From Octopus vulgaris (lineage: Eukaryota): a stretch of DNA of 64,000 nt. Each line of letters begins with the position of its first letter. Within the stretch, counting starts at the first letter, position 1. The translations under genes and the position numbers were made by a program. The stretch lies in NCBI GenBank assembly GCA_951406725.2, contig OX597830.1, positions 24,118,001-24,182,000 on the forward strand. Reading direction: 5' to 3'. The notes under the pieces are model-generated. The model worked only from the letters and a program-made list of their open reading frames with translations, had not been told where the DNA came from and ran no database searches. Positions 54,280-64,000 of the stretch are shown piece after piece.

Positions 54280-55076
54280 CACTCGTACACATATGCACAT
54301 ACACAGACATACACACACTCACAGCACATCACTCACCACGTATGATTTTTTCCCCTTCAATCACCCTAACCTCCCCTCTTTCTATGACCTCAGCTCCTAC
54401 GTTACCACCACCACTACCACCACCATGGCGATAGCACCAACAAAAACAACAGCAATAACGACCACACGGATCATGTACTCCTACCCCTCCTCCTCCTCCT
54501 CCTCCTCCTCTCTGTGCTGCATATCCCATCATCCTCTCTCAATCAGGCGTTTTTGCTGGTTCTGTCAGACTGCGGATAGCATTCTCTGTTTGGCTGGCAT
54601 GTGTTAGATAGACATGACGTGAGTGACTGAGATTTGGTTGAAAATCACGGATGAAAAAAAAAAAAAAAAAAACGAGAGAGAGAAAAAAAAAAGAAAAAGG
54701 TAAAAACAAGAGAAAACAAACAAAAAAGGAAAACGCAAGAAGAATGCTTCTGCGGATGGATACACGTACACATACGCAGATAAACGAACGTCTACACATG
54801 TTATCTGAGATAGTTACATACGTACATATCAATATATACAAATGTATTGAATGATGTGGATATGTGGATATGCATACATACATATAAACATACAGATGAT
54901 ATCTATACGTAAATGTGTATATGTACAAAATATATGCTTATATCTATATCTATATCTATATCTATATCTCTACCTATATATATGGACATAAAAATATATA
55001 CATTTGTATATCAATATATGCACGTGTGTATATATATATGTATATATATATATATGTATGTATATATATATATATG

Positions 55077-55111
<35 letters not shown>

Positions 55112-55216
55112 CTATCTATATTTATATATATACATGACCACACATACATATATATATAGACACGCAAGAAGACACAAAAACATTTATATGAAAACATGGT
55201 ATATACGTATATATAT

Positions 55217-55268
<52 letters not shown>

Positions 55269-55273
55269 ATTTG

Positions 55274-55304
<31 letters not shown>

Positions 55305-55724
55305 CTATGTATGTATGTATCCATGTATGTATGTACGCATTTATACAAATTCATCTTAATATATATATATATTCATATATATTCTAAATATACACATACA
55401 CAGACACACACACACAGACACACAAACACACACACACAGACACACACACACAGAGTGTTTGATGCACAGATATACATCTCTCTGCAAGTAGGTATTTATA
55501 CATATATGTGGGAAGAAAAATAGAAAAACGGCGGAGTGGAGGGAGAGGAGAAACGAGGGAAGGAAAAAAGAGGAAGGAAAAAGAGGGAGGAAAACTAACA
55601 AAGAGTTGGAAAGTATTAACTAGAAAAATATTATGTATACATTGTAACCAATGATGCATACAGATAGAAATGCATTCATGTGTATGCAAATATACAATAA
55701 TGTATGTGTATAAATACATATATA

Positions 55725-55769
<45 letters not shown>

Positions 55770-55845
55770 ATATTTATATACACACACACACATATATATA
55801 TATATGAATCTATGTATGTGTCTCTGTATATAGACAGATAGACAC

Positions 55846-55891
<46 letters not shown>

Positions 55892-56178
55892 ATGTATACA
55901 TATATACATACACATATATATATATATATATACATATATATGTATACATATAAGTATATATATATAAGTATATATATATAAGTATATATATATATATATA
56001 TAAGTATATATATATATGTATATATATACATATATATATAAATATTTATATGTCTGTGTGTGTGTGTGTCTATATAAGTGTGACTGTACGCGTATTAGTG
56101 AGAGTAAGTAATCATATATTTAAATAATATGGTTTGTGCATATGTGTGCGTGTGTCTCTGTGAATGTCGGCATCTGCA

Positions 56179-56257
<79 letters not shown>

Positions 56258-56289
56258 TTTCTCACACATACATACATATATATATGTGC

Positions 56290-56346
<57 letters not shown>

Positions 56347-56423
56347 CACATACATGCAATCAGAAATGCATATATTTACATATATTTATGTATGTTTATA
56401 TATATCCAAATTTGTACACACTT

Positions 56424-56512
<89 letters not shown>

Positions 56513-56626
56513 ACAGATACATACATACATACATACATACATAAAGGACTAGACTGAATAATTTAATATTTGTAAGAGCCTACATAAATATCCTTGACTG
56601 CGCGGTATGTATTTATGTGTGTGTAT

Positions 56627-56801
<175 letters not shown>

Positions 56802-57433
56802 TATGTATGTATCTATCAGGGCAAACACATATATTAAAATGTTATACAATAAATCCGTACTGTGTCATGAAACTATTTCAGCATGAACATAATATACACA
56901 TTCTAGACCACATGTTGTTTCTCTTTATGAAAATACACACGCGCAAATGCGTGTATCCATCTATGTGCATGTATATATGTTTGTATGTATATATATATAT
57001 GTGATTGTGTTTGTGTGTGTACATGTTCTTGTATTAATTAAATACTAGATGTTTGTGAAATAGAAATCCAATATTTACTGGGGTTCATAGTTAACCCATA
57101 TTTTTACAGCCAATGGAAATTATATACCGTGTTTAAACTAGTTTTATTTTGCTCTTACCATAATTAAAAGACCAGATTGAATACAGTTGTGCCAGCTTGA
57201 ATCGCCAATCTTCTATCATCCTAGTTTCCAGACTCGTGCCGTATTATCCCTTTCACTGGATTTTGCCGGAAAACGACACGCGTTGTTAATTCAAAGAATA
57301 TTTGTAAAAGACTAGATCATCGTTTTAATAGCATTTTTCGCTCATACTCCTTCCAGGCACACCTTTGTCTCCTCACCTTTGCCTAGACATGCATACACAC
57401 ATACACACACATATACATACATACATACATACA

Positions 57434-57464
<31 letters not shown>

Positions 57465-57469
57465 TCTTC

Positions 57470-57660
57470 GCTTACTTATTTCACTCATTTGATTGCAGCC
57501 ATGCTAGAGCACCGCCTTGAAGGGTTTTAGTTGAACAAATTGGCTCCAGGACTTATTTCTTAAGGCTAGCACTTATTCTATCGATCTGTTTTGCCGAACC
57601 GCTACGTTACAGGGATGTAAATACACCAAGACCGGTTGTCAAGTGGTGATGGGAGACAAA
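57470..57660 (-). mobile_element. Group B SINE 3' part
   Basis: GCAGCCATGCTAGAGCACCGCC...GCCGAACCGCTA. Confidence 0.8.
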
Positions 57661-57745
57661 CACACTCACACACACATATGTATATATATACAGCAATCCC
57701 TCGACTATCGCGAGTGTTACGTTCCAAAACCTCCCAAAGAAATGA

Positions 57746-57799
<54 letters not shown>

Positions 57800-57820
57800 T
57801 ATACATATATACATATGTAC

Positions 57821-57880
<60 letters not shown>

Positions 57881-57945
57881 GTATGTGTGTGTGTGTGTGT
57901 GTGTGTGTACATTAAGAGAGAAAGAAAGAGAGAGAGAGAGACAAA

Positions 57946-57977
<32 letters not shown>

Positions 57978-58072
57978 TCCCTCTATGTATAAGGATTAAC
58001 GTACGTACAACGTCGATAGGCAAGAAACTATGTTCTTCTTCCGAGATCAAATCTCTTACAAACGTACGGTGT

Positions 58073-58268
58073 TACATGAGGCTGCTAAAAGTTTCTGATT
58101 CTATGCGTATTATAAAAGGTCAGGTTGGAGGCCCAACCTTTCGAGTCCTTTTACGGGACTCAGAAAACCTGGAGTGCCGCTGCAGTAATGTGAATCTGAG
58201 AGCGAAATATGTTGAATAGAATCATATTTTCTTTTACCCAAAACTAGGAACTTTTCAGTACCCCTTTA
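58073..58268 (+). mobile_element. Mariner-derived MITE (same family as 40644-40852)
   Basis: [13 protein letters not shown] end and AGGAACTTTTCAGTACCCC TIR. Confidence 0.7.
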
Positions 58269-58599
58269 TCCTCCTTCCAATATGCTGGAAAGAGACGAAA
58301 AAGTTCTATACTCAGATTCTTTACCTTTTTTCAAAGGATATTCGGCAATGATAACGTTTCTAATAATCGTATAGGTTTACCTGCTTGGAAAATATCAATC
58401 GGAATGTTTGGTAGGAGTTTTTTCTTGGAAATACTTCCGGTAATATTTCTAAGACTTTTGTTGCTGATCGAGAGGAAACACGTTCTAATATATTCCAGCC
58501 GTGACGAGTCCGTTCCACTTTGCTTATGGGTCATTTACCTAGTTACCCTAGTAACGGTAATTTGGCTGCTATATCTAGCAGCCGCGCAGCCACATAGAT

Positions 58600-58930
58600 G
58601 CCTGTCAGTGAAGACATGGAGTGGAGAGTAACTGACTTGGGTGTCAGTCTGTGTGGAGTCAGTATTTGGAGAGTCATTTAGCAGAGTCTATCAGTGCGAT
58701 AGTATTTGGAGAGCCAGTTAGGAGAAAGTTTGTCAGTAGAGTCTTTGTCAGTGGAGAGTTAATCAGTAAAGTGACAATCTGTGGAGAGTCAGTTGGTGAA
58801 CAGCAAATCAACGGAGAGTTTTTCAGTAGAGTATCAGTTAAGGAAGTGTAAGTTTGTAGAAAGTCAGTCAGTTAGTCAGTGGAGTCAATAAATGGAGAGT
58901 CAGTCAGTGAGTAGGCGATCATTGGAGAGT
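58600..58930. repeat. Degenerate GTCAGTGGAGAG-like minisatellite
   Basis: Recurrent GTCAGT and TGGAGAG words. Confidence 0.6.
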
Positions 58931-59052
58931 AAGATTTTGCGGGAGGGGGCCAGTCGGTTACATCTATCCCAGTGTTTCTTTTATCGACCTCGAAAAGATG
59001 AAAGGCGGAGGCGACATCGGTGGAATTTCACCGCTTCAATAATAATAATAAC

Positions 59053-59107
<55 letters not shown>

Positions 59108-59109
<2 letters not shown>

Positions 59110-59443
59110 GTGTCTCTAAAAGAAATAGAGAAACTCTCAAAATACAAAGACCTGGAAATAGAGGTAACCAGAATGTGGAATCTGAAAACAGAAACAATTC
59201 CTATCATAGTAGGTGCATTAGGCATGATAAAAAAATATTCAGACAAATACATAACAAAAACACCAGGACTTACAAACACATATAACATACAGAAAATTGC
59301 ACTACTAGGCACTGCACACATCCTACGCAGAACACTTTCCATACAATAACCATTAGAGCATCACAACAAATCACAGCACATACCCAAGGCACACAGAGCT
59401 GCGCCCGGTAGTGAAGTGAAAGCACGCTATAAAAATAAAACTA

Positions 59444-59446
<3 letters not shown>
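59108..59446 (+). mobile_element. 5'-truncated R4/Dong-type LINE 3' end in (TAA)n
   Basis: RLE-domain C-terminus KEIEKLSKYKDLEIEVTRMW...IPIIVGALG...QKIALLGTAHILRR; (AAT)n on both sides. Confidence 0.92.
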
Positions 59447-59514
<68 letters not shown>

Positions 59515-59523
59515 CAATAATAA

Positions 59524-59738
59524 TCCTTTCTACTATAAGCACAAGACCTGAAATTTTGGGGAGGGTGTAGGTCGATGACTTCGACCACAGTACTCAAATT
59601 GTACTTATTTTATCGACACCCGAAAGAATGAAAGGCAAAGTCGACCCCGGAGGAATTTGAACTCAGAACGTAAGGATGGACGAAATGCCGCTAAGAATTT
59701 TGCCCGGCGTGCTAACGGTTCTGCCAGCTCGCCGCCTT
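59524..59738 (-). mobile_element. Group A SINE
   Basis: Head and core present. Confidence 0.85.
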
Positions 59739-59760
59739 AATAATAATAATAATAATAATG

Positions 59761-59795
<35 letters not shown>

Positions 59796-59796
<1 letters not shown>

Positions 59797-60198
59797 GGCG
59801 CAGGAGTGGCTGTGTGGTAAGTAGCTTGCTAACCAACCACATGGTTCCGGGTTCAGTCCCACTGCGTGGCATCTTGGGCAAGTGTCTTCTGCTATAGCCC
59901 CGGGTCGACCAATGCCTTGTGAGTGGATTTGGTAGACGGAAACTGAAAGAAGCCTGTCGTATATATGTGTATATATATAAGTGTGTGTGTATATGTTTGT
60001 GTGTCTGTGTTTGTCCCCCTAGCATTGCTTGACAACCGATGCTGGTGAGTTTACGTCCCCGTCACTTAGCGGTTCGGCAAAAGAGACCGATAGAATAAGT
60101 ACTGGGCTTACAAAGAATAAGTCCCGGGGTCGATTTGCTCGACTAAAGGCGGTGCCCCTGCATGGCCGCAGTCAAATGACTGAAACAAGTAAAAGAGT
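59796..60198 (+). mobile_element. Full-length group B SINE within (TAA)n
   Basis: Same organisation as 26641-27100. Confidence 0.9.
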
Positions 60199-60221
60199 AA
60201 TAATAATAATAATATTAATAA

Positions 60222-60430
60222 TTTGGCACAAGGCCTGAAATATTGCGAGAGGAGATTAGTCGATTACATTGATCACTCACAACGCTTAAATGGTGCTTAT
60301 TTTATTCACATCGACAAGATGAAAGGCTAAGCTGACCTCGGTGTTATTCGAACGTAGAACGTAAAGAGTCAGAAGAGAGGCCGTTAAGTATTTTATCTGG
60401 CCTGCTAACGATTGTGCCAGCACGCCGCTT
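60222..60430 (-). mobile_element. Degenerate group A SINE
   Basis: AAGATGAAAGGCTAAGCTGACCTCGG core. Confidence 0.7.
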
Positions 60431-60736
60431 TGCCACACAGCATATAATAATATCTGTTATTGTGTGTATGCGCTCCGTAAGTTATCTAATTGCAGCAAAA
60501 TAATCAGCAGCTTTTATGCAAATGCACATTTTGATATAAGCACAAACATCTCACAGCATCATAAGCGATTCTAATTCCCAATAGATCAAACCGTTTCGAA
60601 AAAAAAAAAAAACTTCGATTATCAATTGAAACATCTCCATAGTTTAACAAACGTAAATATACGCCTTTACAGTCACAAATATATCTGTGAATCTCAAATC
60701 TCGTCACTATCAGTACTGTCAATACCACCACCACCG

Positions 60737-60802
<66 letters not shown>

Positions 60803-60933
60803 TTACCACCACAACCACAACTACTACTGCACAACATCCACACAGATACATACACATCCACACGGATACACAGACACTCACACGCACACACACACACACA
60901 TAAATGTGTATATATATATATATATACATATAG

Positions 60934-61136
60934 AGTTAATCCAAACAAGAAAGCACAAAAATACACAACAACGCGAGGACGTGGAACAGATATAGTATTA
61001 TTGGACTCTCAGGAAAGAAGGAAAGAAGGAGGGTTTAACGTTTCGAGCGGAGCTCTTCGTCGGAAACATAGGAGAAGGAAAGATCCAGAGAAGGGAAGAC
61101 AGAGGAAAAAAATCGCCAACCGTACACACGAGGTCA
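60934..61136 (-). mobile_element. ~205-bp element with hammerhead-like motif (family H1)
   Basis: Near-identical to 43815-44022; preceded by (TA)n. Confidence 0.8.
61033..61067 (-). ncRNA. Minimal type I hammerhead-like motif (U4C variant)
   Basis: GUUU-CCGACGA-A-GAGC/UCC/GCUC-GAA-ACGU-U-AAAC. Confidence 0.65.
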
Positions 61137-61159
61137 TGTATGTATGTAGGAGGCAGAGG

Positions 61160-61285
61160 AGTTGGCACGGGACGGCCAGCGATGGATTGTACGGGTGCAC
61201 TTGGTCGGCTCTACGCATGATGACTCTGGAACCACAAAATTTGAACGACTCCAGCCCCATCAAGCAAATGGGCATGAAGCCAAAC
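61160..61285 (+). mobile_element. RTE-like 3' tail fragment
   Basis: Homologous to the reverse complement of 30920-31040. Confidence 0.55.
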
Positions 61286-62152
61286 CATGCATGTGCATAT
61301 ATATGCATGTGTATATATATATATATACACATATACATATATATATTATATATATATATATCCTTCGAAACGTAGAGTTGATGAAAGCTTTAGCGACTGA
61401 AGAAGGGGGTTTTTCTTTGTGTTAATTCTATTTTTTTGTTGTTTTTAAATATATGTCCAGTTCCTTTGGTTTGTGTCTATGCTTTCGTTTCTCAGTGTGT
61501 TCGACGTCCTTTTGGTGTCCTGTGCTCATATATGCGTGTATATGTACATGTAGAGGTAGGTACGTACATATATGTTTATATATATGCATATGTTTTATTT
61601 TATTTATTAATATATTATATATATATATATATATATATGCATATATACATACGTATATATACGTACTTACATCTATACGTATATATATGCACATGTGGGC
61701 ACAGAACGTTATGAAACGTGTACAACAAAAAAATATACGAAGCGCGAGTACATGGAACATGAACTATTCTTTCGAACAACGAAAGACACGAATGGAAAAC
61801 AAAAACAAATAGCATAAAGACCGACCCTTCATCAGTTGTTGGCTGTTTTTCTAGTTTCGTATTTCGAGCATTTAACAACAATATACGCCTTCGATAAAAC
61901 AGTTGCTCCCGCAAAGCAAATTAAATAAAATTTTTTTTTTTTTTTTTTGCGGAGGGACAAAATTGGTAACACAAACAGGACAGTAAAAACAAACAGGAAG
62001 GGCTGCTAAGCCTAAACGAGGCTGTGGTGGCGATCGCGTAAATCAAGCTTGATACACACACGCACACACAAACTCACACACTCACACACACATATATAGA
62101 TATATATATACCTACATATATATATATGTATATATATATGTGTGTGTGTGTG

Positions 62153-62187
<35 letters not shown>

Positions 62188-62453
62188 ATTTGTATATGTA
62201 TGCAGACACACAAACACACACAGGGGCATCTCAATCGTAAATAGAGACGCCTCATTATTCCTCTTTATTTCTGCAGATACAACATGGTGCATTAAGCATG
62301 TTAATGTATTACGCACAAGGCATATCTCCTAAATACTAGACTGAATATTTCAATGCATCATATGACATTATAAAAGAAATCATTAATTTGTTGCTAGAAA
62401 TTATTTAGCGAATGATGGTGTCTATTCACTTTTGAGATGCCAAAGTGTGTATT

Positions 62454-62509
<56 letters not shown>

Positions 62510-63129
62510 TTTAGTGCATATAAGTAGTCTCTATCATTATATATAATTTAAACTTTAATTTCCTTTATATTTAACATTCACTATTAATATCCCTACTCTT
62601 TCTGTTAGCTACTTATGACGTTATATCATATAACGTTTTTTTTAAAACAATATTAATAGCGTTCTGTCTATCGCTATACAAATCCATCATTTTTTGCTAA
62701 AATGTCTTATTGACGAGTTTCGTTTTTTTCACTTTCCTGAGGAGAAGATTGCATTGTTTATACCATTTATTCTTTTGAATAGTATCAGTGGAATTTTCGA
62801 AACATATGTCGAAAGTAAAAATATTTGATATATATATATATATATCGGTTACGACGATGATGGTTCCAGCTAATACGATCAACGGAACAGCTTGCTTGTG
62901 AAATTAACGTGCAAGTGGCTGGCGAAAAAAAAATCTTGAAGACTTGAAAGTTTCTCTGTCCTATTCGTTCACTAGGTATTTTGTCGATATTCCTCGTTTT
63001 TGGATGTCAGGAGAATAACATTCAAAATAAATGTCACAATTTCAATGTTGTAAACGTCACGAGTCCGAGAGAACTTTAAACTGCTTCTTTTAGGGGGAAG
63101 CCTGCTTCAACAGTTCCAGTGTTCTGACG

Positions 63130-63680
<551 letters not shown>

Positions 63681-64000
63681 GTATATGTGATGCTGCCGTT
63701 TAGCCAATATTATTCCCAAATCTACTTTGCCCTGGAATAGTAGCACCTCTCAGGGTCCCAGCTATTAGTTAACTGGCATGTGTCAAAAATGTCTCTAGGA
63801 TAAGATTACTCATAGACATCTCGACGGATAGAGTAGATGAGGATCTTCAGATCTTTAGGTGCTCGTCTAGGGGAAGGTAAATCCATACTAATCATGCATG
63901 CTGATAACCACTGACCTCGTGGCACTTGCTGCACCAGAGCAATACGAGTTTGAAGGACGATAGAACAGGACTGGATCTGCACAAGCCATGTCCACAATGA

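Overview
Eukaryotic, AT-rich, extremely microsatellite- and transposon-dense non-coding DNA (intergenic or intronic). The SINE repertoire and SSR load resemble an octopus (coleoid cephalopod) genome, which is an inference. I cannot support any intact host protein-coding gene: almost all listed ORFs are artefacts of (TA)n, (CA)n, (TACA)n and trinucleotide tracts. Supported content: three tRNA-headed SINE groups in many copies; R4/Dong-type LINE pieces in (TAA)n; a decayed Tx1/L1-group LINE; RTE 3' ends; a decayed Penelope-like element (PLE: RT + GIY-YIG); mariner, maT (DD37D), hAT and piggyBac derivatives; several foldback hairpins. The most interesting signal is a set of ~200-bp non-coding elements sitting in (TA)n that each carry a minimal type I hammerhead-ribozyme-like motif with a palindromic helix III and family-specific helix I. 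A related motif occurs in a ~240-bp foldback and at the 3' end of the decayed PLE. Also notable are an internally deleted Dong element with a 22-bp tandem array at its 5' end and an 87-nt pre-miRNA-like hairpin.
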